In this document: one piece after another, positions 29,033-38,950 of the stretch
How the letters are laid out: the number at the start of each line of letters is the position of its first letter
Numbering within the stretch: the first letter of the stretch is position 1
Assembly (NCBI GenBank): GCA_046331705.1
Contig: JAXLQJ010000046.1
Span: forward strand, 1-59,037
From: a bacterium
Lineage (GTDB): Bacteria > JADJOY01
Direction: 5' to 3'
Length of the DNA: 59,037 bases
Made by a program: the position numbers and the translations under genes
Notes under the pieces: model-generated
Told to the model about the DNA's origin: nothing
The model's input: the letters and a program-made list of their open reading frames with translations, nothing else
The model's database searches: none

Positions 29033-30430
29033 TCAGCGATCGAAGCGCACGTAGATGGCGCGCGCGCCGAGCTCGAGCGAGACCGAGGACGCCGTGCCGG
29101 GCTCGCAGGCGGCGTCTCCCAGGTCCGACGTGCAGCGGTAGGCGTGGCGGCGCGGTGGGCTCGCGAGCACGAGCGGGGTCGTGCGCTCGGGCACCGAATC
29201 CCAGCCGACGAAGGTCACGTGCCCGTCCTCGTCGTCCACGAACGCGAGGCCGACCGCGCCCTCTGGTAGCGCGAGCGGCGCGCTCAGGTCGGCGGCGAAG
29301 CGCGAGGTGGCGAGGACGTTGCCGAGGGTGGAGGCGGCGCGGTACGCGGGCTTCGCGTGTGGTCCGTCGCTGGCACCCGACCACGTGAAGAGCCCGAAGT
29401 AATCCTCGGTGGGCGGGAAGCTGCCTCCCTCGCGATCCCAGAACGTGTACCAGTCGAGAGCCTCGACGCCCGCCGCGATCGCCAGCAAGGCCCCGCGGGT
29501 GAAGAAGGCCGCCTGACCGGCTTTGCCGATGATCAGCGACGGCCAGCCCCATTCGGTGAGCCAGATGGGCTTGCCTGCCGCACCGATCCGCTCCAGACGC
29601 TGGCGAGCGAGCGCCACTTGCCCGGGAAGATCGGGCCAGAGCTCGCGGTCATCGCCCTGCCACGACCATTCGGGGGAGGTGGTCTGCAGGAACGTGTAGG
29701 GATGGATCGCGAGCGCGTCGAAGTACTGGCCGATGTCGGGATGGGCCGCGTGCATCGCCTCGAGGAAGTAGTAGAGCCCAGGGTCGAACGTGTACTGGTC
29801 GAAGCCGGAGAGCCCGCCGATGAGCACCTGCGCGCCGGGGCAGGCCTGGTGGACTGCGGTGAACGTGGCCTTCAGGATGGCGCCGTAGCGGTCGGGGTCG
29901 GGGACCGGCTTCCAGAAGATCTTGAGGTTCTCTTCGTTCCACAGCTCGTACGACTCGATGACGCCGCAGAAGTGCTCGGCGACGTGCGCGGCATAGTCGG
30001 CGAAGTCCTCGGGGAGGATCGCCGAGTCGTTGCCGTCGGGGCGCGCCCAGTCGACCCCGTAGGAGAGCCGTCCGTCCACCTGCAATCCCGCGCTCGTGAG
30101 CAGCGCGATGAACGAGTCGGTGTTAGTCCACTCGAACTGATCCTGAGCGGGCTCCACCCGCGGCCAATCGATGGAGATGCGGATCCGGCGCAGCCCGGAT
30201 TCGAGCAGGTGGGCGATCTCGAAGTCCCGCTCCCAGCTCGGGTTCGGACCTTCGTACATCTGGGTCGCCATCCCGAGGACTCGCCCCACGGGAAGCCCGC
30301 GCGGCGCGAGCTGCGACCACGGGTCGTGGCGGCCATCGCCGACGGCGCCGCCGCAGCTCGCGAGCGCCAGCGTCGCGGCCAGCGCGAGCCGTGGCCGCGC
30401 TCGCCGCATCGCGCCGGCAGCAGGCGTCAT
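29033..30430 (-). CDS. clan GH-A glycoside hydrolase (GH5/GH39-like) lipoprotein
   Basis: LALASC lipobox, WPRVEP, YELWNEEN, DALAIHPY, PIWLTEWGW, YFGL. Confidence 0.8.
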   Translation of the reverse strand: MTPAAGAMRRARPRLALAATLALASCGGAVGDGRHDPWSQLAPRGLPVGRVLGMATQMYEGPNPSWERDFEIAHLLESGLRRIRISIDWPRVEPAQDQFEWTNTDSFIALLTSAGLQVDGRLSYGVDWARPDGNDSAILPEDFADYAAHVAEHFCGVIESYELWNEENLKIFWKPVPDPDRYGAILKATFTAVHQACPGAQVLIGGLSGFDQYTFDPGLYYFLEAMHAAHPDIGQYFDALAIHPYTFLQTTSPEWSWQGDDRELWPDLPGQVALARQRLERIGAAGKPIWLTEWGWPSLIIGKAGQAAFFTRGALLAIAAGVEALDWYTFWDREGGSFPPTEDYFGLFTWSGASDGPHAKPAYRAASTLGNVLATSRFAADLSAPLALPEGAVGLAFVDDEDGHVTFVGWDSVPERTTPLVLASPPRRHAYRCTSDLGDAACEPGTASSVSLELGARAIYVRFDR

Positions 30431-31167
30431 CGGACGGCGACCGACGACAGCACGCGCGCGAGCGCTTCCGGCGCCGTGACGGCGGGGATGTGACCCGTGG
30501 GCAGGCGCACCACCGTGGGGGCGCGCGGCAGCCGGCGGATCATCTCCTCTTGCATGGCCGGTGAGACCGGTCGATCGCGCTCGGTGAGCACGTAGGTCAC
30601 CGGGACGTGGGCGATCGTCGACCAGCGTACCGGCTGGAAGTAGTGGTGCACCGTGTCTTGGACGCAGCGCGCGGGATCGACGACGAACGCGAGCGTTTCG
30701 TCGTCGAGCGGATCGCCACCGTACGCCGAGCGGAATGCCTCGGGGTCCTCGGGTGGTCCGGGCAGCGTGATGACGATCCCGGCTGCGCGCGCCTGCTCCA
30801 CGGCCATCACCAAACCCTCGCGGTGGTGCGGCTTCATGCAGTCGATCCCGGCGCCGCCCTCCGGTGGAACCAGCGCCGCGTTGAGCACCACGTGCGCGAC
30901 GCGCGCGCCGAGCCGTGCCACCACGCCCGGCACCACCAGCCCGCCCGACGAGTGCGCGACGACGACGACGGGGTCCGCGAGCGCCGCGGCCTCGACGTCC
31001 GCGATCACGGACTCGACCTCGTCCTCGATCGAGAGCGTCGCGAGATCCGCGGCCCGTCCGCTGCGGCCAGGGAAGTCCACGGCCAGCGCGGGCCGATCCA
31101 GCTGCGGCAGCAGGCGATCCCAGAAGCGTGCCGTGGACCCGCCGCCGTGGATCAACAGGTAGGTCAT
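30427..31167 (-). CDS. alpha/beta hydrolase
   Basis: LIHGGG, VDFPGR, VAHSSGG nucleophile elbow, TERDR, TGHIP; ATGA overlap with the next gene. Confidence 0.9.
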   Translation of the reverse strand: MTYLLIHGGGSTARFWDRLLPQLDRPALAVDFPGRSGRAADLATLSIEDEVESVIADVEAAALADPVVVVAHSSGGLVVPGVVARLGARVAHVVLNAALVPPEGGAGIDCMKPHHREGLVMAVEQARAAGIVITLPGPPEDPEAFRSAYGGDPLDDETLAFVVDPARCVQDTVHHYFQPVRWSTIAHVPVTYVLTERDRPVSPAMQEEMIRRLPRAPTVVRLPTGHIPAVTAPEALARVLSSVAVR

Positions 31168-31325
31168 GAGACGATCACTGCGCGGTCGTCGATGTCGCTC
31201 GGCTCGACTCCGTCAGCGTCACGCCGAGCGGGCCGCGCCACCGGATGGGCGGGGCACCACGAGCCGCGCACGCGATGTACCGAGCGCGGCGACGCGGTCC
31301 GCCACTTCAGCCGAGCTCCGCCGAA

Positions 31326-31802
31326 TCAGGGCGCGGCGTGGGGCGCTTCCGGCGCGGCGGGCGCCGGTGCCGCTTCCGGCGCGGGAGCGGTGGGTGCCGT
31401 CGCCGTGCTCGGGCTCGGTTGCCCCGCGGGCGCGGCAGCCGCGCTCGGCGCGGGCTCGGTGGGCACCGCGGGGATCTCGGTGCTCGGCGCGGGAGCCTTG
31501 TCCGCCGCCGCGGGAGTCGCCGCGCCAGCGGGCTGCTCCTCGATCGGGATCAAGCTGTCGCTACCGGTCGTGCCACTCGCACCCATGCGCGCGAGCGCCA
31601 GCGCGATCGCGAAGAACGCGGCGGCGAATCCCGCGGTGAGCTTCCCCAAGAAGCCGCCGGCGCCGGCGGCGCCGAACACCGTCTGGCTTGCGCCACCGAA
31701 CGCAGCACCCATGTCGGCGCCGCGGCCCTGCTGGATCAACACCAGCAGGATCAACAGGATCGAGATGACGACCTGAACGACGACCAGAATCGTGTACCAC
31801 AT
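31326..31802 (-). CDS. secG: preprotein translocase subunit SecG
   Basis: LVLIQQGRGADMGAAFGGASQTVFG; follows tpiA. Confidence 0.95.
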   Translation of the reverse strand: MWYTILVVVQVVISILLILLVLIQQGRGADMGAAFGGASQTVFGAAGAGGFLGKLTAGFAAAFFAIALALARMGASGTTGSDSLIPIEEQPAGAATPAAADKAPAPSTEIPAVPTEPAPSAAAAPAGQPSPSTATAPTAPAPEAAPAPAAPEAPHAAP

Positions 31803-31850
31803 GGTGACTGGTTCTCCGGGATGGGTGAGGCGACGCCGGGCTTGGGCTAC

Positions 31851-32609
31851 TCAGCGAGCCGCGCGGACGATGGCCTCGAAGGATGCGGCGTCCAGGCTGG
31901 CGCCGCCGACGAGAGCACCGTCGATGTTGGGTTGAGAGAGTAGCGCCTTGGCGTTGTCCGCCTTCACGCTCCCGCCGTACTGGATGCGAGTCTGAGCGGC
32001 GCGCGAGGCGCCGAGGAGCTGGCCGAGCCAACCGCGGATCTTGGCGTGGACTTCCTCGGCTTGCTCGGGAGACGCCGTGCGTCCGGTGCCGATCGCCCAG
32101 ACCGGCTCGTACGCGATCACGAGGCCGGGGGCCTCGCTCTCGCCGAGGCCGGTCAGCGCACCCCGGATCTGGCCTTCGATCACGGCCTCGGTCCGGCCGC
32201 TCTCGCGCTCGGCGAGGGTCTCGCCGACGCAGACGATCGGCACCAGACCTGCCGCCGCCGCGGCACGGAGCTTCTTGGCGACGCCCGCGTCGGTCTCGCC
32301 GAAGTACTGGCGACGCTCGGAGTGGCCGATGATGACGAACCCGCAGCCGGCGTCCACGAGCATCCCCGCGGCGATCTCGCCGGTGAACGCTCCCTTCGGC
32401 TCCTCGTGCAGGTTCTGGCCGCCGAGCAGGATCCTGCTGCCGGCGATCTCGGCGCGCACCAGCTCGAGCGCGGTGAACGGCGGGGCCACGCCCACGTCCA
32501 CGCCGTCGATGGAGCCGATCTTGGCCTTGAGGGCTTGCGCCAATGCCCGCGCCTCGGCGGCGCGGCCGTGCATCTTCCAGTTTCCGGCGATGAAGGGCGT
32601 TCGCGCCAT
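31851..32609 (-). CDS. tpiA: triose-phosphate isomerase
   Basis: AGNWKM, IGHSERR, AYEPVWAIGTG, YGGSV, LVGGASL. Confidence 0.99.
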   Translation of the reverse strand: MARTPFIAGNWKMHGRAAEARALAQALKAKIGSIDGVDVGVAPPFTALELVRAEIAGSRILLGGQNLHEEPKGAFTGEIAAGMLVDAGCGFVIIGHSERRQYFGETDAGVAKKLRAAAAAGLVPIVCVGETLAERESGRTEAVIEGQIRGALTGLGESEAPGLVIAYEPVWAIGTGRTASPEQAEEVHAKIRGWLGQLLGASRAAQTRIQYGGSVKADNAKALLSQPNIDGALVGGASLDAASFEAIVRAAR

Positions 32610-32616
32610 GGTTCGT

Positions 32617-33819
32617 TCACCCGTTTCCCGCGGCCCGTGCTTCGAGCGCCGCGATGCCGGGCAGCTTGATGCCCGAGAGGAACTCGAGCGACGCGCCGCC
32701 GCCCGTGGATACGTGGCTCAGACGCGAGGTGTAGCCGCCGCGCTCGAGCGCCGCCACCGAGTCGCCACCACCCGCCACGGTGAACGCCTGGGCGGTCGCG
32801 ACCGCTTCCGCCACGGAATAGGTCCCCTTGGCGAACGCGGCGGTTTCGAAGACGCCCATCGGGCCGTTCCAGAAGACGCTCTTGGCGCCCGAGATCACGC
32901 GTGCGTACTCGGCGGCGGTGGCCGGCCCGATGTCGACGCCCAGCTTGTCGACGGGAATGCCGTCGCGCGCCACCACCACGGCGCTGGCCGCGTCCTCGAT
33001 GCCCGCCGCTGCGACGTGATCGGAGGGCAGGTGGATCGTGATGCTCTTCTGGCGGGCGTGGTCGAGAACTCCGCGGGCGAAGTCGAGCTTGTCCTCCTCG
33101 ACCAGCGACTTGCCCACCGGCACACCCTGCGCCTTGAGGAACGTGTACGCCATGGCGCCGCCGACCAGCAGCGCGTTCACGCGCTCGAGCAGCTTCTCGA
33201 TGACTTGGACCTTGTCCGAGACCTTGGCGCCGCCCAGGATCGTGACGAACGGCCGATCGATCTCGCCGCTCAGCAGTCGACCCAGCGACTCGATCTCCTT
33301 CTGTACCAAGAACCCCGCCGCGGCGCTCTTCACCAGCGGCACCATCCCCGCCGTGGAGGCGTGGGCGCGGTGCATGGTGCCGAAGGCGTCGTTCACGTAG
33401 GCATCGGCGAGCTTCGCCAAGGCGGCGACGAAACCCGCCTCGTTCTTCTCCTCGCCGGCGTGGAAGCGCAGGTTCTCGAGCAGCAGGCACTTGCCGGGCG
33501 CGAGCGCGGCCACCTGCGCTTCCACCTCGGGGCCGATGCAGTCGGCCGCGAGGGGGATCGGGGTTCCGAGGATCTCGCTCAGGCGGGCGGCCACCGGAGC
33601 GAGGGAATACTTGGGTTCGGGCTTGCCCTTCGGGCGACCGAGGTGACTCGCCAGCACCACCCGCGCACCGCCGTCCAAGAGCCACCTGAGCGTGGGCAGG
33701 GTGGCGGTGAGACGGGTGTCGTCGGTGACCTTCCCGTCCTTGATCGGCGCATTGAGGTCGGCGCGCAGGAACACGCGCTGACCCCGAACGTCGAGACCGC
33801 GAAGCGTGGGCAGTGCCAT
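32617..33819 (-). CDS. pgk: phosphoglycerate kinase
   Basis: SHLGRP, LLENLRF, NDAFGT.HRAHAS, GGAKVSDK, WNGPMGVFE, STGGGASLE. Confidence 0.99.
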   Translation of the reverse strand: MALPTLRGLDVRGQRVFLRADLNAPIKDGKVTDDTRLTATLPTLRWLLDGGARVVLASHLGRPKGKPEPKYSLAPVAARLSEILGTPIPLAADCIGPEVEAQVAALAPGKCLLLENLRFHAGEEKNEAGFVAALAKLADAYVNDAFGTMHRAHASTAGMVPLVKSAAAGFLVQKEIESLGRLLSGEIDRPFVTILGGAKVSDKVQVIEKLLERVNALLVGGAMAYTFLKAQGVPVGKSLVEEDKLDFARGVLDHARQKSITIHLPSDHVAAAGIEDAASAVVVARDGIPVDKLGVDIGPATAAEYARVISGAKSVFWNGPMGVFETAAFAKGTYSVAEAVATAQAFTVAGGGDSVAALERGGYTSRLSHVSTGGGASLEFLSGIKLPGIAALEARAAGNG

Positions 33820-33862
33820 CGTGTCCTCCTCGGTCGGTCGATCGCCGCGAGCCGCGTGGGTC

Positions 33863-34867
33863 TCAGAGGCTCTTCGCGATGTAACGGATGACGTCGATCA
33901 TGCGGTTCGAGAACCCCATCTCGTTGTCGTACCAGCTCAGGATCTTGGCGAGCTTGCCGTCGATCACGCTGGTGGTGAGCGCGTCGAAGCACGAGGAGTG
34001 AGCGTCGCCGTTGAAGTCGATCGAGACCAGCGGCTCGTCCACGTAGCGAAGCACCCCCTTGAGCGGCCCCTCGGCTGCGGCCTTCACCGCGGCGTTGATC
34101 GCGTCCTTGGTCGCGTCCTTCTCGAGCTCGCAGGTGAGATCGACCACCGAGACGTTCGGCGTGGGGACGCGGATCGCGAATCCGTCGAGCTTGCCCTTGA
34201 GCGCGGGCAGCACCAGCGCCACCGCCTTCGCCGCACCGGTGGTGGTCGGGATCATGGACAGCGCCGCCGCGCGGGCGCGCCGCAGATCCTTGTGCGGGAA
34301 GTCGAGCGTGACCTGGTCGTTGGTGTACGAGTGCACCGTCGTCATCAAGCCACGACGGATGCCGAAGGATTCGTGCAGCACCTTCGCCACCGGCGCCAAG
34401 CAGTTGGTGGTGCACGAGGCGTTCGAGATGATGTGGTGCTTCGCCGGATCGTAGGTCGTGTGATTGACGCCGTAGCAGAGCGTCACGTCCTCGTTCTTCG
34501 CCGGAGCGGAGATCAGCACCTTCTTGGCGCCCGCCGCGATGTGCTTCGCCGCGCCCTCGCGGTCGGTGAACTTGCCGGTCGATTCGATGACGATGTCGAC
34601 CTTCAGGTCCTTCCAGGGGAGCTGCGCCGGGTCCTTCTGGGCCGTGACCTTGATCTCGCGGCCATCGATCACCAGGCTCTCGTTGCCGGCCTTCACCTCA
34701 CCTGGGTAGGTGCGGTGGATCGAGTCGTACTTGAAGAGGTGAGCCAGAGTCTTGGGGTCGGTGAGGTCGTTCACCGCCACGAACTCGATGTCCTTCGAGC
34801 CGAGCCCGGCGCGCATCACCAGACGTCCGATCCGTCCGAAGCCATTCACCGCGACGCGAACGCTCAT
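33863..34867 (-). CDS. gap: type I glyceraldehyde-3-phosphate dehydrogenase
   Basis: [33 protein letters not shown]. Confidence 0.99.
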   Translation of the reverse strand: MSVRVAVNGFGRIGRLVMRAGLGSKDIEFVAVNDLTDPKTLAHLFKYDSIHRTYPGEVKAGNESLVIDGREIKVTAQKDPAQLPWKDLKVDIVIESTGKFTDREGAAKHIAAGAKKVLISAPAKNEDVTLCYGVNHTTYDPAKHHIISNASCTTNCLAPVAKVLHESFGIRRGLMTTVHSYTNDQVTLDFPHKDLRRARAAALSMIPTTTGAAKAVALVLPALKGKLDGFAIRVPTPNVSVVDLTCELEKDATKDAINAAVKAAAEGPLKGVLRYVDEPLVSIDFNGDAHSSCFDALTTSVIDGKLAKILSWYDNEMGFSNRMIDVIRYIAKSL

Positions 34868-35003
34868 CCTCAAACCTCCATCCCGAGCTGGGTCCGAGAG
34901 CTTCGATTCGACTTCGGCCTGAGCCGTTCCCGGCTCGACCGAGCGTCGATCGTGTCCTTCGGTGCCGGCCCGCTCCGGCGCCGAATCCCACGGAAAGCCT
35001 CGA

Positions 35004-35033
35004 AAAGTAGTCGTCCCTCAAATGACGCGTCAA
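35004..35033 (-). promoter_or_regulatory. putative sigma70 promoter of gap-pgk-tpiA-secG
   Basis: Minus strand TTGACG-N18-TACTTT; palindrome TGACGCGTCA (35023-35032) overlaps the -35. Confidence 0.45.
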
Positions 35034-35351
35034 ACGCAGGCGTCACCCCGACCCGGAACCGTGAGCGCTGCCCGCGGCGCCGGGGGAGCGGTGACTGGAG
35101 CGAAGAACGTGCCGTTCGCGCCCGCCGAGGCCAGCGCGCACCGTCCGGCTCTGCCGTGGCGCGATTTTCGCGCGTGAGCGTGAGGCACCCGCGCCGGCGG
35201 GTTTCCGCCCTGGCGCAGCTTCGTCGCGAGGACACGCGTAACGCGTTTCCCGACGGTGACGCATCTGCCGCCGCCGGCGCGGTCGCCGTCGCCAGTCGGT
35301 GCGCGGGCCGGCGCGCTCGCGGGTGACGCGCCTGCTACGATCCGCGCCGCC

Positions 35352-37595
35352 ATGTCCGATCGCGAGCTGGATTTCGTCGGCGGGTCGAACGCTTCCGCGA
35401 GCGCCGGCGACGAACGCGTCGAGGGCGAGGTCGAGCGGGTCGTCTTCGAGAGCGGCACCGGCGATTTCCGCGTGTTGCGTGTGAGCACGTCCGGCCGCGA
35501 GGGCGTGGTCACCGTGCTCGGACGGGTGCCGTCGCTGCTGCCTGGCCAGGCGATTCGCGCCGAGGGGAAGTGGGAGATGGACCGTCGCTTCGGCCGGCAG
35601 TTCCGGGCGAACGCCGTCGAGGTGGTGGCACCCACCACCGCGGCGGGAGTCGAGCGCTACCTCTCGTCCGGGCTGGTGAAGGGGATCGGCGCCGCGACCG
35701 CCAAGCGCATCGTCGACGCCCTGGGGACGGGCGCGCTCAAGACCATCGTCGACGAGCCCGCGCGGCTCACCGAGATCCGCGGCCTCTCCCGTGCCAAGGC
35801 CGCGGCGTTGGTGGAGGCCGTCGAGGCCCAGTTCGGCGCCGGCAACGTCGTCGCGTTCCTGCACTCGGTTGGTCTCGGCGCCGGGCTCGCGCGCCGCGTG
35901 TTTCAGGCGTGGGGTCGCGATACCGCACGGCGCATCCAGGCCAATCCCTACGACCTCGCCACCGAGGTGCGCGGCATCGGCTTCCAGACCGCGGATCAGA
36001 TCGCGCGCACGCTCGGGTTGCCCGCGGACTCGCCGCTGCGAATGCGTGCGGGCGTCCTGCACCAGCTCGACGAGCTGGCGAGCCGTGGTCACGTATGCGT
36101 TCCCGAGCGACGGCTGATCGATGCAGCGGCGCAGGCGCTGCAGGCCGACCCCGGTCTGGTGGCGCAGGCGATTCGCGATCTGGCCGGCTTGGAGCGCGTG
36201 ATGCTCGACGGCCGCTGGGCCGCCGACGATCCGAGCGTCTATCTGCCCGCGCTGGCGGCGGCGGAGCGGGAGGCCGCCGAGCGGCTGGCCGTGCTCGCCA
36301 CCACCCCGGCGCAGACCACCCGCGACGACGGCGACGTGGACGCGACGATCGCCGCCGTGGAGCGCGAGCTACGGGTCGAGCTGGCGCCGCTGCAGCGCGA
36401 GGCGGTGCGGGCGGCGATCGAACGGAAGGTGGTCGTGATCACCGGCGGCCCCGGCACCGGCAAGACCACGATCATCCGCGCGATCGTGCGGGTGCTCGAG
36501 CGTCGACGCATGCGTCTCGCGCTCGCGGCGCCCACCGGCCGCGCGGCGCGACGCATGTCGGAGGCGACGGGCGCCACCGCCCTGACGCTGCACCGGCTGC
36601 TCGAGTTCCAGCCGCAGACCAGCACGTTCCTGCGCGACGCCGACGCGCCGCTCGACGCGGACTGGCTGGTCGTGGACGAAGCGTCGATGGTGGATCTGCC
36701 GCTGGCGCGGGCCATGCTCGACGCGTTGCAGCCCGCGACGCATCTGGTGTGGGTCGGCGACGCGGATCAGCTCCCCAGCGTGGGGCCGGGGTCGGTCCTC
36801 GCAGACGTGATCGCGTCGCGTGCGGTGACGGTGGTGCGGCTCACGGAGATCTTCCGGCAGGCGGCCGAGAGCGGGATCGTCGTCAACGCCCACAAGGTGA
36901 ATCGCGGCGAGGTGCCGCGCGGCGAGCGTGACGAGTGGCCGGATTTCTTCACGGTGGATCGCGAGGACGCCGAGGACGCGCAGCGGCTGGTGGTCGAGCT
37001 GGTCGCCGAGCGCATTCCCGCCAAGTTCGGGCTCGATCCGATGTCGCAGATCCAGGTGCTGGCACCCATGCGCCGAGGCGTGCTCGGCACCGTGGCGCTC
37101 AACGACGCGTTGCGGGCGCGGCTCAACCCCCAAGGGCCGCCGATCGGCGCGGGCGCGCACGGGTTGCGGCTCGGCGATCGCGTCATGCAAGTCGCCAACA
37201 ACTACCGCCTCGACGTGATGAACGGCGAGGTCGGCCGCATCGAGGAGCTCGCCGCGAGCGGCCAGGAAGTACGCGTACGCTTCGACGACCGAGCGGTCAG
37301 CTTCCCGCGCGCCGAGCTCGAGTCCTTGGACCTTGCGTACGCGTGCTCGATCCACAAATCGCAAGGCAGCGAGTACCCGGCGGTGGTGATCCCGCTCCAC
37401 ACGCAGCATTTCGTGATGCTGCGTCGCAATCTCCTCTACACCGCCATCACCCGCGGCAAGAAGGTGGTGGTGCTGGTCGGGAACGCCAAGGCGCGGCGAA
37501 TCGCCGTGCAGGAAGCGCGTCTCGAGCCGCGCTTCACCCACCTGGCCGAGCGGCTGCGCGCGGCGGCGCACGGTGCGCCGCTACCCGGCGCCTGA
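35352..37595 (+). CDS. recD2: ATP-dependent RecD-like helicase RecD2
   Basis: YLSSGLVKGIG (HhH), NPYDL..RGIGF, GGPGTGKT, VVDEASM, GDADQLPSVG, LAYACSIHKSQGSEY, LYTAITRG. Confidence 0.96.
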   Translation: MSDRELDFVGGSNASASAGDERVEGEVERVVFESGTGDFRVLRVSTSGREGVVTVLGRVPSLLPGQAIRAEGKWEMDRRFGRQFRANAVEVVAPTTAAGVERYLSSGLVKGIGAATAKRIVDALGTGALKTIVDEPARLTEIRGLSRAKAAALVEAVEAQFGAGNVVAFLHSVGLGAGLARRVFQAWGRDTARRIQANPYDLATEVRGIGFQTADQIARTLGLPADSPLRMRAGVLHQLDELASRGHVCVPERRLIDAAAQALQADPGLVAQAIRDLAGLERVMLDGRWAADDPSVYLPALAAAEREAAERLAVLATTPAQTTRDDGDVDATIAAVERELRVELAPLQREAVRAAIERKVVVITGGPGTGKTTIIRAIVRVLERRRMRLALAAPTGRAARRMSEATGATALTLHRLLEFQPQTSTFLRDADAPLDADWLVVDEASMVDLPLARAMLDALQPATHLVWVGDADQLPSVGPGSVLADVIASRAVTVVRLTEIFRQAAESGIVVNAHKVNRGEVPRGERDEWPDFFTVDREDAEDAQRLVVELVAERIPAKFGLDPMSQIQVLAPMRRGVLGTVALNDALRARLNPQGPPIGAGAHGLRLGDRVMQVANNYRLDVMNGEVGRIEELAASGQEVRVRFDDRAVSFPRAELESLDLAYACSIHKSQGSEYPAVVIPLHTQHFVMLRRNLLYTAITRGKKVVVLVGNAKARRIAVQEARLEPRFTHLAERLRAAAHGAPLPGA

Positions 37596-37628
37596 CGCGG
37601 GCGCGAGGCGTGACCGCGCGCCTCGCGA

Positions 37629-38900
37629 TCACGCGCCGCGACGCGCTCGTCGGAGCAATCCGGCGAAGAAGGGCACGAACGGGATCGCCAGGCCGAGGAG
37701 ATCGACCGAAAGCGCGCCGCCGGTCTCGCGGCTGATGACGGCGACGCAGCCGGGGCGCCGCTCGACGGCGCCGATGTCGCAGGCGCCGCTTTGGGGCCGC
37801 GCCACGCCGCGCTCGTCCGTCGCTTGGCAGCTCGCGGGGTCGGCAGCGTTGAGCGCCGGGCTCGACGCCGCCGGCATGTGGGTCTCCACCAACGCCGAGT
37901 TGCTGGCGAGGGGACCGATCCCTGGACTGGCGACCGCGAGCTGATCGTATGGCTGGGTGAACGGGCAGGTGCTGCCGGGGCTCTCGAGATTGCCGCCGAG
38001 CGAGGTGATGGTGCCGGTGCCGAACACCGCGCAGCTCCCGTCGACCAGCGAGTTCGCGAGGGTGGCCGTGCCGCCCTGCGAGACCACGACGTCGTTGTCG
38101 TATCCCCACTGCGCGAAGTTGTTGCTGAACGTGGTGTGGACGATCGACAGGTGGCCGGTGTTGTAGGGCACGCTGACCGCCGCGAACGCTCCGTAGCCCG
38201 GTGAGATCGATACCGCGGTGTTGCCGCTCACGGTCGAGTTCACGAGCAGTGCGTTGCCGTAGAACGACGCCGCCGGCGAGTACGACGCGGTGTTGTCTCG
38301 GATCGTGGTGTCGCGGATCTCGAGGAAGCCCGCCTGGTACTGGTAGACACCGCCGGCTTCACCGAAGAGCCCAGGCACGTTGTTGCGGATGACGTCCCGG
38401 AGCAGCGCGGTCTTGCCGTTCGACTCGACGTAGATCCCGCCGCCATGGGCGGTGAGCGGGTTTCCGCCGCGGATGGTCATGTCAGAGATCACCGTGGTGC
38501 CGTTCCAGCGGATGTGGAAGACGCGATCCACGGCGTGGGCGTCCACGGTGGTGATGGACGCTCCCGAGCCCTTGAGCTGAAGGTCGTCGGTGATGTCCAG
38601 GTCGCCGGTCAGTCCCGCGTCCTCGTAGAGGCCGGCGATCGAGAGATCGTACGTGCCGGGCGGAAGCGAGATGAGATCGACGGTCGGGCTCGGCTGCCCC
38701 GCGGGGCACGCGTCCACGGCGGCGTTGGTGTTCGCGGCGACGATCGCCTCGCGCAGCGTGCAGTTGCCGTTGGGGCCGAGGTTCAGGTCGTCGGTGGTGG
38801 CCGTGACCGTGATGGTGGTGGCGGCGGCGAGCGAGGCGAGCGAGAGCGCCGCGCTCAGGGCCGTCGCCAACGTGAGGTGTCGTCGGAGGTTGGTTTTCAT
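37629..38900 (-). CDS. secreted CSLREA / choice-of-anchor Q beta-helix protein with C-terminal membrane anchor
   Basis: Signal peptide, GNCTLREAI, GDLDITD, DRVFHI, SPALNAA..DERGVARP..CDIGAVE, terminal TM plus RRARR. Confidence 0.85.
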   Translation of the reverse strand: MKTNLRRHLTLATALSAALSLASLAAATTITVTATTDDLNLGPNGNCTLREAIVAANTNAAVDACPAGQPSPTVDLISLPPGTYDLSIAGLYEDAGLTGDLDITDDLQLKGSGASITTVDAHAVDRVFHIRWNGTTVISDMTIRGGNPLTAHGGGIYVESNGKTALLRDVIRNNVPGLFGEAGGVYQYQAGFLEIRDTTIRDNTASYSPAASFYGNALLVNSTVSGNTAVSISPGYGAFAAVSVPYNTGHLSIVHTTFSNNFAQWGYDNDVVVSQGGTATLANSLVDGSCAVFGTGTITSLGGNLESPGSTCPFTQPYDQLAVASPGIGPLASNSALVETHMPAASSPALNAADPASCQATDERGVARPQSGACDIGAVERRPGCVAVISRETGGALSVDLLGLAIPFVPFFAGLLRRARRGA

Positions 38901-38950
38901 CCCGCGATTCTCCCACGGATATGGCCCGCGGCGCGAGCGACCGCGAGCGC

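Noticed and set aside
25497-29552. 1351-aa ORF and other very long ORFs (37629-40754, 51103-54177, 53983-57786, 5893-8088)
   Set aside because: Only the 3' parts are real genes. The 5' extensions are stop-poor shadow frames overlapping genuine genes in high-GC DNA.
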